Assembly (NCBI GenBank): GCA_963793305.1
Contig: CAWBZV010000003.1
Location: forward strand, 992,001-1,056,000
Origin: an uncultured Gemmatimonadales bacterium
GTDB lineage: Bacteria > Gemmatimonadota > Gemmatimonadetes > Gemmatimonadales > Gemmatimonadaceae
DNA: 64,000 bases
Direction: 5' to 3'
In this document: positions 1-11,050 of the stretch, piece after piece
Layout of the letters: the number at the start of each line of letters is the position of its first letter
How positions within the stretch are numbered: position 1 is the first letter of the stretch
Translations under genes and position numbers: made by a program
Notes under the pieces: generated by a model
Database searches by the model: none
What the model was told of the DNA's origin: nothing
The model's input: only the letters and a program-made list of their open reading frames with translations

Positions 1-1294
1 CGCAGGCCTGGCGATGCGCGATGGCGATCGTGACTACGCGGGCCTGCTCCCAGGGGCAGGCATCGTTGTTCTATTTCTCACGATCTATGGTAGTCACCTC
101 TACTACCACTTGATCGACGCCCGCGCCGCGGGCTTGGCGGTCGTCGTCGTCTGTCTGGCGTCGCTGTGGCTCGGCCATCTGTTCGAAAGCGACTTGTACG
201 CACTGTTCGCCGTCATCGGCTCGTACTCCGCGCCATTTCTACTCGCTGAATTCCAGGGCTCCTTCACGGATCTCGCCATCTATTACTCGGCGTGGAGCGT
301 GACGTTCAGCGTCTTTTCCGTGTATGGCGGCCAGCGCGCGATCTATCTCATCGCGCTCTACGCGGCGCTGATCGGCTTCGATGTCTTTGCACGGGACGGC
401 GGGGTGGCGTGGGGTACCGTCGTGTCATTCCAAGCCGTCCAATTCGTCATTTTCGGCGTCGCGGCCATGACGTTTTCGATTCGGCACAAATCGCCAATGG
501 ATGCGAACGTCGCGGCACTGCATCTGCCGCCGCTCGTGCTGTTTTATGCCCTGCAGTACTACGTGCTCAAAGCGCACGTACCAGCCGCGGCGCCATGGAT
601 AGCCGTCGCCAGCCTCGTAGCGTTGTTGCTGCTCATCGTCATGACGCGGATCATCTCCAAACGGCCGTCGCCGGGTGGCGAGTTCCTCGCGTGGGCGTAT
701 GCGACGCTCGTGTTGTTCCATGCTGGCTACCTGGAGAGCGTGCCCGCACAATGGGCGCCATGGGTTGCCGCCGTCGTCGCGCCACTCGTGGTCTGGGTGA
801 GCGTGCGACGCCCGGATTCCTGGAGCACCATGTGGCCGTTATGGATTGCCGCTGGCTTCGTGTTCGTCGCCAATCTGCTGCACATCATCTTTACTCCCGG
901 CCCACCGGTACTGGGACTTGTATATGCGCTGCTCCTCTATGCAGGGTATGCACTCACGCGCCAAGAGGAGCGTCTCGACCGCGCCGTCAAACCGTTGCTG
1001 TACGTCGGGCACCTCACGGCCATGGTCGCAGCGCTTCATCTGCTCCGTGACCATTTCCTCCAATCGGTCGCTTGGGGGTTATTGGCTATTGGTTGTCTTG
1101 GGTTGTCGCTGGCGTGGCGCGATCGCGACCTGGGTCAGTCGTCGCTCTTCGTGTTCGGCGCCACCGCTGCGAAAGTTCTGCTGTATGATCTGAGCGGCGC
1201 GCCGCCGATCGCGCGCATCATCGGCTTGATCGTGCTCGGCGTCACCTTTTACGTCGGCGGCATGATGTACCAGCGCACGACCGCGAGAGCGTGA
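1..1294 (+). CDS. DUF2339-type predicted integral membrane protein (5' partial)
   Basis: Frame is open from the window edge. Many hydrophobic helices; C-terminal KVLLYDLSG...ARIIGLIVLG resembles the DUF2339 C-terminus. Confidence 0.75.
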   Translation, partial: AGLAMRDGDRDYAGLLPGAGIVVLFLTIYGSHLYYHLIDARAAGLAVVVVCLASLWLGHLFESDLYALFAVIGSYSAPFLLAEFQGSFTDLAIYYSAWSVTFSVFSVYGGQRAIYLIALYAALIGFDVFARDGGVAWGTVVSFQAVQFVIFGVAAMTFSIRHKSPMDANVAALHLPPLVLFYALQYYVLKAHVPAAAPWIAVASLVALLLLIVMTRIISKRPSPGGEFLAWAYATLVLFHAGYLESVPAQWAPWVAAVVAPLVVWVSVRRPDSWSTMWPLWIAAGFVFVANLLHIIFTPGPPVLGLVYALLLYAGYALTRQEERLDRAVKPLLYVGHLTAMVAALHLLRDHFLQSVAWGLLAIGCLGLSLAWRDRDLGQSSLFVFGATAAKVLLYDLSGAPPIARIIGLIVLGVTFYVGGMMYQRTTARA

Positions 1295-1336
1295 CCCCGC
1301 GAGCGAAACGCGCGCCATGTCAATTACATTCGTCGC

Positions 1337-2221
1337 GTGCAGATCCTTGTTGAGCATCTCAGCAAACGGTATCGAGGCCAGGTAGAGGCGCTCCGCGGCA
1401 TTGACCTCTCGCTGCATCCCGGGGTGTTGGGCTTGCTCGGCCCCAACGGCGCCGGCAAGTCCACCCTGATGAGGATCCTGGCGACCGTCACGCGACCGAC
1501 CACCGGGCGTGTTCTCTGGAACGATGCCGACATCGCGCGGCGTCCCGATGCGCTGCGCGGTGTGCTGGGCTATCTCCCGCAAGACTTCGGCGTCTACCCG
1601 AATCTCAACGCCATCGAGTTCCTGGACTACATGGCGGCCGTGAAAGGCATCGCCGCATCCGCGGCCCGCACACGCATCGCCGAGCTCCTGGAGCTGGTCA
1701 ATCTCAGCGACGCCGCCAAGCGCCCCTTGGGCGGCTACTCGGGCGGCATGCGCCAGCGCGTCGGCATTGCCCAAGCGCTTCTCAACGACCCTGAGCTGCT
1801 GATCGTCGACGAGCCGACCGCCGGCCTCGATCCGGAGGAACGCGTCCGCTTCCGCAATCTGTTGTCCGAGCTTGCTGGAGAACGCATCGTCATCCTCTCG
1901 ACGCACATCGTCTCGGATATCGAGGCGGTCGCCACGAGCATTGCCATTCTCGCCCACGGCCAATTGCTCGCGCACGCATCTCCCGAAGGCCTCCTGGCTG
2001 GCGTGTCGAGCCGTGTGTGGGAAGTCATTGTCCCCAGTGCGGAACTGCCGGCGCTCCGCCAGCGCCACCTCGTCAGCACCACCGCCCACCGGAGCGATGG
2101 GGTTCACGCGCGTGTCGTCGCCGACACCGCGCCAACACCGGATGCCCGGCCGCTCGACCCGTCCCTCGAGGACGCCTATCTCGCCATGCTCAGCACTCAC
2201 GCACGGACGTCTGCCGCGTGA
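1337..2221 (+). CDS. ABC transporter ATP-binding protein
   Basis: Walker A GPNGAGKST, signature YSGGMRQR, Walker B LLIVDEPT, H-loop STH; GTG start. Confidence 0.95.
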   Translation: MQILVEHLSKRYRGQVEALRGIDLSLHPGVLGLLGPNGAGKSTLMRILATVTRPTTGRVLWNDADIARRPDALRGVLGYLPQDFGVYPNLNAIEFLDYMAAVKGIAASAARTRIAELLELVNLSDAAKRPLGGYSGGMRQRVGIAQALLNDPELLIVDEPTAGLDPEERVRFRNLLSELAGERIVILSTHIVSDIEAVATSIAILAHGQLLAHASPEGLLAGVSSRVWEVIVPSAELPALRQRHLVSTTAHRSDGVHARVVADTAPTPDARPLDPSLEDAYLAMLSTHARTSAA

Positions 2222-3798
2222 GGGCAGGCCGCGCCATCGCTGCCATCGCGCTCGCCAATGTTCGCGAGCGCGTCCGGCGCTACAGCTTTCTGGCGACGCT
2301 CCTCTTTGCCACGTTTCTGGGCTACGCCGCCGCCACCGGCAAAATCGTCCTGCACCTCGACGAGTACCGCGGCGTCTACACGGCGGGTTGGATCGGCCTC
2401 ATGGTCGCGCTGGTCACCACCGTGTTCGTCTCGCTGATCGGCTTCTATATCGTCAAGAACTCCGTCGATCGTGACCGCACGACTGGCGTCGGTCAGATTC
2501 TCGCCGCCACGCCCGTGACCAAATGGCAGTACACACTCGGCAAACTGACCAGCAACTTCCTCGTGCTCGCGTCGATCGTGCTCGTGCAAGGCGTCGGCGC
2601 GGTCGTCATGTTCTTCGTCGCCGGAGAGGACCGACACTTTGACGCCTGGGCGCTGCTCTCGCCACTGCTGTTGGTCGCGCTGCCGGCCATGGCGTTCACC
2701 GCCGCCATCGCGCTCGTGTTTGAATGCCTTCCGATGTTGCGCGCCGGCGTCGGCAACGTGCTCTGGTTTTTCGCCTGGACCTTCGCGATCGCCCTGCCGC
2801 AGGTCGCGGGCACACGCTGGTTCGACCCTATAGGCGTTTTTTCATCGATGGCGGCGCTGCAGCCCGCCGCTCGCGCGATCATTCCCGGGTACAAGGACGG
2901 CATGTCGTTGACGATCGTCGAGCCCGGGCGCGTCGAGAAGATCGCGCACGCGCTCCGATGGCCGGGCATCCCATGGACAATCCCCGACGTTCTCGGGCGC
3001 CTTTTGTGGGTCGCGGTGGCGGTTGCGCTGGCGTTGCTCGCCGCTCTCGTCTTCGATCGCTTCGATGCGACTCGGGGCGCCGTTCGCATCGTGGTCAACG
3101 CGCGGGTCAAGGCCGTTGACGTTCCGCGCACCATCGCGCGCGCGTCGGTGCACCTCACACCACTCGCGCGGACCGGGCGCGGCAGCTTCGGTCGCCTGGT
3201 TCTCGCCGAGCTTCGGTTGGCGCTCAAGGGGTTCCGCTGGTGGTGGTATGCCGGCGCCGTCGGGTTGGTGGTCGCACAGGTGACGTCGCCACTCGATACC
3301 GCGCGCGGTCCGGTGTTGGCCGCGGCCTGGCTCTGGCCGATCTTCGTGTGGTCGGCGATGGGCACGCGCGAATCGCGTTACGGGATGGGCAGTCTGCTCT
3401 TTTCGTGCCCGCGCATGCTCACGCGCGAGCTGCCCGCATCCTTTCTCGCCGGCGTGATCGTCGCGCTACTCGCCGGCATAGGAGTCGGCGCGCGCTTGCT
3501 GCTCATCGGGCACTGGCCGGACTTGGTCGCCTGGTTGGCCGGCGCGCTCTTCCTTCCGTCTCTGGCCTTGGCGCTCGGCGTTGTGTCGGGCACCAGCAAG
3601 ACCTACGAAGGGCTGCTGACGGTGCTGTGGTACATTGGCCCGCTGCAGCACGTTCCCGGGTTCGATTTTACCGGCGCCGCCGACGGTCCGCTCGCGCTGC
3701 ACTACGCCGGCGTGTACTTCGCGCTCAGTGGCGCACTGCTTCTTGCTGCGTTCTTGGCACGCGCTTCAGGCCGATCTCCGGCGGCCCGCTACTACTAA
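2218..3798 (+). CDS. ABC-2 type exporter permease (two membrane domains)
   Basis: GTG at 2218 overlaps the ATPase stop (GTGA). About 12 TM segments; DRDRTTGVGQILAATPVTKWQYTLGK is an ABC-2 permease motif. Confidence 0.8.
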   Translation: MRAGRAIAAIALANVRERVRRYSFLATLLFATFLGYAAATGKIVLHLDEYRGVYTAGWIGLMVALVTTVFVSLIGFYIVKNSVDRDRTTGVGQILAATPVTKWQYTLGKLTSNFLVLASIVLVQGVGAVVMFFVAGEDRHFDAWALLSPLLLVALPAMAFTAAIALVFECLPMLRAGVGNVLWFFAWTFAIALPQVAGTRWFDPIGVFSSMAALQPAARAIIPGYKDGMSLTIVEPGRVEKIAHALRWPGIPWTIPDVLGRLLWVAVAVALALLAALVFDRFDATRGAVRIVVNARVKAVDVPRTIARASVHLTPLARTGRGSFGRLVLAELRLALKGFRWWWYAGAVGLVVAQVTSPLDTARGPVLAAAWLWPIFVWSAMGTRESRYGMGSLLFSCPRMLTRELPASFLAGVIVALLAGIGVGARLLLIGHWPDLVAWLAGALFLPSLALALGVVSGTSKTYEGLLTVLWYIGPLQHVPGFDFTGAADGPLALHYAGVYFALSGALLLAAFLARASGRSPAARYY

Positions 3799-3984
3799 AA
3801 CGATCCCGGCAACGATGGCAACGACGCCAGCCGTTGGGGACACGAAGCCCTTTTTCACCGTCGAGATCTGAACCGGGCCGATGTCCGTGCTGTGCCGCTC
3901 TTTCGTGTAGCTGATGCCATTCGCCGCGAGCACCACGACGCCGAGCACGATGAGTATTACACCAACGAACCCTGTGATGCGCAT
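3766..3984 (-). CDS. Small two-TM membrane protein (DUF3185-like)
   Basis: MRITGFVGVILIVLG...YTKERHSTDIGPVQI...VAGIVLVVAGRRR, 72 aa; purine-rich RBS GAAGGGAGAGG upstream of the ATG at 3984. Confidence 0.75.
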   Translation of the reverse strand: MRITGFVGVILIVLGVVVLAANGISYTKERHSTDIGPVQISTVKKGFVSPTAGVVAIVAGIVLVVAGRRRSA

Positions 3985-4469
3985 TCCCTCTCCCTTCTCA
4001 GAGTGACAGCCTGAGAAGCAAGACGGATACCCAATGCTCGCAGCGCCGCGCGCCACCAGGACACGCGATGCGTGGAGCGAGGCGTCGGCGGCGTCCCTGA
4101 CGGCTCGTCCCCCAATTGCTGCAGTCGCGGCAAGCTCACCATGGCGGTGCGCCGGTGCCCGACGTACCCCTCCAGCAGCGCCGCCTCGGCCGCACCGCCT
4201 CCGGGCGCCGTCTGGTTATATGGTCGTTGGAACAGGTCGTCGATCGCCCGCATCGACGTGGTCGCCCGCTCCGCGTCCAACTCTCCGCGCGCCAGCACGT
4301 GCGCCAAGCGGTCCAACTCGGTGAGCTCATTGGCCGACCACGGCACGCGACCGCGCGGCGGCAGGGTCCCGGGAGGCAGCGCGGCCACGAAGTCGAGCAA
4401 ACGGATCGAGAGGTAGGACAGTTCGCCAGCCGTCTCGCGCCACTGCATTCCTCGATCGTCCGAAGTCAT
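3957..4469 (-). CDS. Hypothetical protein
   Basis: ORF fills the gap between neighbours; start is 4469 or 4448 (GAGGA RBS before 4448); no recognisable motif. Confidence 0.45.
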   Translation of the reverse strand: MTSDDRGMQWRETAGELSYLSIRLLDFVAALPPGTLPPRGRVPWSANELTELDRLAHVLARGELDAERATTSMRAIDDLFQRPYNQTAPGGGAAEAALLEGYVGHRRTAMVSLPRLQQLGDEPSGTPPTPRSTHRVSWWRAALRALGIRLASQAVTLRRERECASQGSLV

Positions 4470-4485
4470 CACTTATCATACACGA

Positions 4486-4944
4486 ATGCACGAGCAAACG
4501 CCTCCTGGCCCAGCGATGCCGAGTGAAGTCCCGAACGCGGATCGGGTCGCTATCGGGCAAACGGCGACGGCATTCGTGGATGCCTGGAACGCGCACGATT
4601 CCCACGCGTTTGCCCTGACCTTTGTGCCCGATGGGGATTTTACGAATGTGCTCGGCGTGCACGTGCACGGGCGACCAGCCATCGACACCCTACATGCGCG
4701 GGTCTTCGAGAAAATCTTCAAGACCACTCATCAAACGCTTCAAGTCCGCAGCATTCGGCTCATTATCCCAGCCGTGGCGGCAGTCGACATTGATTGGCAG
4801 ATGACGGGCGCCGTGAACCCCGATGGCAGCGCGCGTCCCGAGCTGCGTGGTCTGCTCAACTGGGTTATGCAACGGCAAAGTGACGGCAGCTGGCTGATCG
4901 TCGTGATGCACAATACGCCTCTGAAAGGTTACCCGGCGAACTAA
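4486..4944 (+). CDS. SgcJ/EcaC family (NTF2/SnoaL-like, DUF4440) protein
   Basis: AFVDAWNAHD...F.PDGDFTNVLG..VHGR.AI and C-terminal DGSWLIVVMHN. Confidence 0.85.
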   Translation: MHEQTPPGPAMPSEVPNADRVAIGQTATAFVDAWNAHDSHAFALTFVPDGDFTNVLGVHVHGRPAIDTLHARVFEKIFKTTHQTLQVRSIRLIIPAVAAVDIDWQMTGAVNPDGSARPELRGLLNWVMQRQSDGSWLIVVMHNTPLKGYPAN

Positions 4945-5026
4945 CAGCGCCGAACAACCCAAGCGGGACGACTGTTCGTCGCCCCGCCTCGCGCTGTCGT
5001 TAGGGTTCGCTGTCGCTAAGGGTTCG

Positions 5027-6136
5027 CTAGCGGTTGGGCGGACTGTCCGGCTTCGGCTTATCCTCCGGCTTCGGCTTGTCCTCCGGTTTGCTCTCCGGTG
5101 CTGGTTTGCTCTCCGGTTTCGCCTGCGGCTGACTCTGCGCCGGTTTGCTCTCCGGCTTGGCCTGAGGTTGGCTCGGCGCCGGTTTGCTCTCTGGCGCTGG
5201 CTTGCTCTCCGGTTTGGCCTGCGGTTCGCTCGGCTTGCTCTCCGGTTTGGCCTGCGGTTGGCTCGGAGCCGGTTTGCTCTCCGGCTGAGGCACCGGCTTA
5301 GATGGTGGCGGAGCACTTGGGCGCGCAGTTGGCGCAGACGGTTGCGGATTCGCGGGCTTCGCCGGCGCGGGTGTCACCTTCTTGGTGACGACGTCACCAC
5401 CGGACACTGCATGATACGGAGTCGCCACGCGACTGGTCGTTATGACGCCCTGACCGGTAAACACACCGGGCTTGGGTGTTGCCACGACCGCGGGCTTGCC
5501 CTGATTGACCGACGCAAGCTGCGCGCGGTTCGTACTGGCCGCCTGCCGATGCTGCGTCTGCTCACTCGTCGGCGCCGTGTGTTGCTCACGAGCCACCGCC
5601 AACTCCGCTGCGGTTGGCCGTGCCGTCGTGCCACCGTTCCCGCCGTTGTAACTCACATTGGTGACGGTGGTGTTATTGATGACCGTCTTGTTGTACACGT
5701 TGGTGACATTCGTTGTCGTACTGATGTTGTTCACCGAACGGTTGTAATAGAGATGATTGTTATTCCAATACCCGCCCTCATACCCGCTGCCACCGTAGCC
5801 ATAGCCATAGTTGATGCCGCCGTAGTAGCCGACGTGCGATGACCAGTATCCGTCGTGCCAGGCGTAGTTACCGCCATCGGCGTACTCCCAGTACCCTGGA
5901 GTCCACAGCAACCCTTGCTCTGGCACGAGCACCCAAGTGCCAGGCACCCAGTAGTAGCCATCGTCACCATACGCCCAGTACCCGGGCGCCCACAAATACC
6001 CGACCGCAGGCATCGGCGGCTGCTCGTACTCTGGCAGCGCTGGCGGCCCGACGGTGATTGAGACACTCACTTGTGCGCTTGCCACCATCGGTGGCGCCAC
6101 AAGCGCCATTACTAGTAACGCCGAGCGAATACGCAT
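5027..6136 (-). CDS. Secreted YXWGXW-repeat protein with Pro/Lys/Glu/Ser-rich repetitive tail
   Basis: Signal peptide MRIRSALLVMALVAPPMVASA; GYLWAPGYW, YYWVPGTW, LLWTPGYW, YAWHDGYW repeats; RBS GAGGAGG. Confidence 0.9.
   Translation of the reverse strand: MRIRSALLVMALVAPPMVASAQVSVSITVGPPALPEYEQPPMPAVGYLWAPGYWAYGDDGYYWVPGTWVLVPEQGLLWTPGYWEYADGGNYAWHDGYWSSHVGYYGGINYGYGYGGSGYEGGYWNNNHLYYNRSVNNISTTTNVTNVYNKTVINNTTVTNVSYNGGNGGTTARPTAAELAVAREQHTAPTSEQTQHRQAASTNRAQLASVNQGKPAVVATPKPGVFTGQGVITTSRVATPYHAVSGGDVVTKKVTPAPAKPANPQPSAPTARPSAPPPSKPVPQPESKPAPSQPQAKPESKPSEPQAKPESKPAPESKPAPSQPQAKPESKPAQSQPQAKPESKPAPESKPEDKPKPEDKPKPDSPPNR
5050..5290 (-). repeat. Coding tandem repeat (PESKP x7, PEDKPK x2, interspersed SQPQAK units)
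   Basis: Recurring plus-strand unit similar to CCGGTTTGCTCTCCGG; visible in the translated tail. Confidence 0.9.
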
Positions 6137-6173
6137 GCTGTGCCTCCTCTGCAGTTCTACTCGCTCCAAAGGA

Positions 6174-6189
6174 GGCACTATCCATGCCG
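6174..6189 (-). promoter_or_regulatory. Candidate sigma-54 (-24/-12) promoter of the YXWGXW gene
   Basis: Minus strand CGGCATGGATAGTGC = GG-N10-GC, similar to TGGCACG-N4-TTGC, about 38 bp upstream of the ATG. Confidence 0.45.
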
Positions 6190-6211
6190 CGCCAGCTCAT
6201 CCGAGCCCGGG

Positions 6212-6907
6212 TCAGCCGACCATTGATCCGTGCGCAGCAGTCGCCGCAGCTCTGATCACGTCGATGACGAGCTTCGGTTGCGCAAGCATGGCGACGTGGC
6301 TGCTGTTGGCCTCAGTCGTGGTCGCGCCCATACGCTTCGCCAAGAAGCGCTCCAACTCCGGTTGGACCGTGCGGTCGTTCTTGCCCACGATGTACCAGCT
6401 GGGCTTTGATCTCCAAGCAGCCGCCTCGACCTTCTGGTTGAACAGATCGACGTCCGGCACGCCCTGCGCCGCCCAGACGACTTTCTGTTCTGCCTCTGGT
6501 AAATCTCCCGCGAAATCAGAGATGCCATCCGGTTTCAACCAGATGCGTCCCTCGGCCACTTCGATATGCGAGAATACAGGCGTGGCGGGGTACCGGTCGA
6601 TCAAATTCTGCGATGTCTCGCCGGCGTCCGGGGCCAGCGCGCAGATGTAGACGAGCCCCACGACGCGATCATCCATTCCCGCGGCGGTAATCACCGTGCC
6701 GCCGTACGAGTGGCCCACGAGGATGGCTGGACTGCTGACCCGGCCGAGTGCGCGTCGGACCGTCGCGACATTGCCCTTCACCGTGTCGAGCGGGTTCTGC
6801 GCCGCCACGCATTCGTGTCCCTCGGCTTGGAGCGCGGGGATCACTTTACTGTAGCACGAGCCGTCGGCCCACAGGCCGTGCGCGAATACGATACTGACCT
6901 CGCTCAT
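6212..6907 (-). CDS. Alpha/beta hydrolase (Abhydrolase_6 type)
   Basis: VFAHGLWADG, nucleophile elbow GHSYGG, Asp in KNDR, His in SSHV; RBS AAGGAG. Confidence 0.9.
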   Translation of the reverse strand: MSEVSIVFAHGLWADGSCYSKVIPALQAEGHECVAAQNPLDTVKGNVATVRRALGRVSSPAILVGHSYGGTVITAAGMDDRVVGLVYICALAPDAGETSQNLIDRYPATPVFSHIEVAEGRIWLKPDGISDFAGDLPEAEQKVVWAAQGVPDVDLFNQKVEAAAWRSKPSWYIVGKNDRTVQPELERFLAKRMGATTTEANSSHVAMLAQPKLVIDVIRAAATAAHGSMVG

Positions 6908-6911
6908 AACG

Positions 6912-7172
6912 TTACTCCTTGGTGGGAAGGGCATCCATCCAGGCACGGATGTACGGCGAGCAGTGGAGTACTGCTATTCCTTGCGACTCGCATTCCAACA
7001 GGAAGTGAACCGCATCCATGTCCACGAGTGTCACTTCTTCGATATCGAGCGTGACGCGCCGGCGGTCCGCCGGAATGTTGGCTTCGATGTCAGCCACATC
7101 TCGTGACTCGATGCGACCCATGAGGCGAAGCACCGTGCGCCCGTCATCGCGCGTCGTCTCGATCCTGAGCAT
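6912..7172 (-). CDS. Small STAS-like protein
   Basis: MLRI...TVLRLMGRI...VTLDIEEVTLVD.DAVHFL...CSPYIRAW, 86 aa, STAS-like pattern. Confidence 0.7.
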   Translation of the reverse strand: MLRIETTRDDGRTVLRLMGRIESRDVADIEANIPADRRRVTLDIEEVTLVDMDAVHFLLECESQGIAVLHCSPYIRAWMDALPTKE

Positions 7173-7184
7173 CGCCCAGGTACA

Positions 7185-7200
7185 GGCAAACGACGGGCCC
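7185..7200 (-). promoter_or_regulatory. Sigma-54 (-24/-12) promoter of the STAS-like/hydrolase operon
   Basis: Minus strand GGGCCCGTCGTTTGCC = GG-N10-GC with TTGC; lies directly downstream of a sigma-54 activator gene. Confidence 0.7.
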
Positions 7201-7235
7201 GCGCTAAGTCGTTCGCCAGCAGTGTTTTTTGGTGG

Positions 7236-7267
7236 TCGGCATTTGACGAACTCTCAGAAATTGCCGA
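7236..7267. promoter_or_regulatory. Inverted repeat; candidate enhancer (UAS) for the adjacent sigma-54 activator
   Basis: TCGGCATTT...AAATTGCCGA, about 35-65 bp upstream of the -24 box. Confidence 0.45.
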
Positions 7268-7274
7268 GCGTTCG

Positions 7275-8675
<1,401 letters not shown>

Positions 8676-8679
8676 AAAA

Positions 8680-10140
8680 CTATCGCCTGTACAGGTCTAC
8701 CCAATAGGTCAGCCCCATCCCTTCAACGGCGCCTGGATCCAGCGACGCGGTGACATAGCCGGTCGTTCGGTTGCCGTGCACCGCGAGCTCCGTGACGAGA
8801 TGGTATTTTCGTCCCTTGAGCTCGTCCACCGGCAGCGCCCCGGCCAGCCCACCGGACACACGGCCATCGTCGCTGAACCGGACGTTGGAGAGATCGGTTT
8901 CCGGAGCGCCCCCGACAGAGGTACGTACCGTCCCAAGCGAGTCGACGCGCACCGTCAGGGGAACGCGCCCTCGATACGTGGCGATCCAACCGGCCCACGA
9001 GCCGATGAGCGCTGCTGCCGGTCGAGTGGGTAGTTGAGCCGCGGTCGAGGCGGCCCGGCGCGTCATAAACGATGGGAGATAGAGCGCGATCACGTCGTCG
9101 GCAATGCCGGTCAAGAGAAGCGGCGCATTCGCCGTGATGGCCACGGCAAGGTGCTCAGCGGGAACCAGCACCAGCAACGCGGACGCGACGTTGGTCCCGC
9201 CGGCGGCGTAGACCTCGCGCACGCCAAAGTGGTCGGGCTCGACCCACCAACCAAATCCATACTGATACTGCTCGTCGGCCCGCACGGTTTCCGTCTGCAT
9301 CCAGTCGATCGCCGAGTCCGTGATCACGCGCTCTTGGTCGCCCAGGTGCGCATGCAGTTGAAACAGGCCAAAGCGCGCGAGGTCATGGATGCTCGCGTAA
9401 CCGTCGGACGCGGCCGGCGTCGTGCTCCGGTAGCCGTCTGCCCGGCGCCCTTTCCCGTCGTACGACGCGGCCACCCCGCTCCGTGATCCCGCAGGTCCAA
9501 TGAACGTGTCGCCGAGCCGGAGCGGGACGAAGAGATCGGTGCGCATCGCTTCGCCCAGCGGACGTCCCGTGACGCGCTCGATCACCGCGCCGAGGGTTCC
9601 GTAGCCCAGGTTCGAATAGTCGAATCGCTCGCCGGGCAGACGAATGGCGACCGCGTAGCGCGCGATGGCCTCGGACACGGACACGCGACAGTTCGGTGTA
9701 TCCGTGAAACAGAACAAGTAGTGTGTCGCCAGCCCCGCCGTGTGGTTGGCTAGACGATGCACCGTCACTTGCGCGGCATTCCACGCCGGGCTCGAGACGC
9801 GCACGCTCTCCGGTAAGCCCGCGAGGTATGCGTTCGCGGATCGGTCGAGATCGAGTCGGTGCGCGGCGCTCAAGATCTGCAGCTCGGTTGCCGTGAACGT
9901 CTTCGTCATCGACGCCACGTTGTACGAGGTGTGGACGCTCGCGCGCTGATGATGCTCTTTGTCCGCCCAGCCAAACGCTTCCTCCCACACGATCGCGCCG
10001 TTCCGCGCCACGGAGGCGGCGATCGAGGGTGTGGAGTCGGATGTGGTCAGGCGGTCGAGACGATGTCGTACAGCGTCTGGCGCCTGCGCCCGCGCCGCGG
10101 ACGTGGCGATGAGCAGTAGTGCGCACGCTCGGAGAGGCAT
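8680..10140 (-). CDS. Secreted serine hydrolase, beta-lactamase class C/PBP-like family
   Basis: Signal peptide MPLRACALLLIATSAARA; SxxK (ASMTK), LANHTAGL, FDYSN. Start 10140 or 10158. Confidence 0.9.
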   Translation of the reverse strand: MPLRACALLLIATSAARAQAPDAVRHRLDRLTTSDSTPSIAASVARNGAIVWEEAFGWADKEHHQRASVHTSYNVASMTKTFTATELQILSAAHRLDLDRSANAYLAGLPESVRVSSPAWNAAQVTVHRLANHTAGLATHYLFCFTDTPNCRVSVSEAIARYAVAIRLPGERFDYSNLGYGTLGAVIERVTGRPLGEAMRTDLFVPLRLGDTFIGPAGSRSGVAASYDGKGRRADGYRSTTPAASDGYASIHDLARFGLFQLHAHLGDQERVITDSAIDWMQTETVRADEQYQYGFGWWVEPDHFGVREVYAAGGTNVASALLVLVPAEHLAVAITANAPLLLTGIADDVIALYLPSFMTRRAASTAAQLPTRPAAALIGSWAGWIATYRGRVPLTVRVDSLGTVRTSVGGAPETDLSNVRFSDDGRVSGGLAGALPVDELKGRKYHLVTELAVHGNRTTGYVTASLDPGAVEGMGLTYWVDLYRR

Positions 10141-10294
10141 CCTGAAATGCTGTGGCATCCAGGGCCATTTGTCACTGCGATACGCTATGTTTATAGGGCA
10201 CCATTCGCGCATTGGCTTTATAGCCGCGCATTCGTCTCTCGACATTCGTGCCTGGATGCCGTCAGGTGGGTGTTTCCCACGCCGGGCGGGTCGA

Positions 10295-11008
10295 GTGACA
10301 GTCAATCGTTTGCTGAACGCGCTCCCGGCCACGGAGCGCGACCGCATCGCCCCATTCCTGACGCGCGTGCGGCTCGACCTCAAGCAGACGCTCTACGAAC
10401 CCGACGCCACGATCACGCATGCCTATTTCCCGGTCGACGGATGCGTGTCCATGGTGAGTAGGATGGAGGAAGGTGCGGTCGAAGTGGCCACGGTTGGGAA
10501 CGAGGGGTTGGTCGGCATTCCGCTGCTACACCATACCGAGTCGACGCCAACGCTGGTGTTCGTGCAGGTCGTGGGCGAGGCCGATCGGATCGCCGCCGCT
10601 GATCTGCTCACCGTTCTGCGTGAGAGCGCGCCGGCCGAACGGCTCTTCTATCGCTATGCCCAGGTGCTGTTCGACCAGGTGGCACAAAACACCGCGTGCA
10701 ATCGCTTGCACGCATTGGAGGCGCGCTGCGCGCGCTGGCTCCTCATGACCCACGACCGGGTCGGCGTCGAGCGCGGGGTCAATCAGTTCGCGCTCACGCA
10801 GGAGTTTCTGTCCTACATGCTCGGCGTCCATCGGCCCGCCGTCACCCTCGCCGCCGGCGTCTTGCAGGAAGCCGGAATGATCCGATATCACCGAGGCACG
10901 ATTACCGTCGTCGACCGGGCAAAACTCGAAGGGGCGTCCTGCGCGTGCTATGACATCATGCGTCGCGGGTACCAGAAGCTTTTGGTACAAAAGCGTACCG
11001 AACTTTAG
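10295..11008 (+). CDS. Crp/Fnr family transcriptional regulator
   Basis: NRLLNALP, EVATVGNEG, ACNRLH.LEARCARWLL, HTH LTQEFLSYMLGVHRPAVT, C-terminal CACY. Confidence 0.92.
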   Translation: MTVNRLLNALPATERDRIAPFLTRVRLDLKQTLYEPDATITHAYFPVDGCVSMVSRMEEGAVEVATVGNEGLVGIPLLHHTESTPTLVFVQVVGEADRIAAADLLTVLRESAPAERLFYRYAQVLFDQVAQNTACNRLHALEARCARWLLMTHDRVGVERGVNQFALTQEFLSYMLGVHRPAVTLAAGVLQEAGMIRYHRGTITVVDRAKLEGASCACYDIMRRGYQKLLVQKRTEL

Positions 11009-11050
11009 GAACTTGCGTCCGCGTCACACAACAATAATGATGGTGGAAGG

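Noticed and set aside
5050..5290. CRISPR array
   Set aside because: Repeats are in-frame codon repeats inside a gene, with no unique spacers and no cas genes.
8680..10140. Beta-lactam resistance gene
   Set aside because: SxxK and YxN are present but the KTG-type third motif is not, and there is an extra C-terminal domain; a generic serine hydrolase is the safer call.
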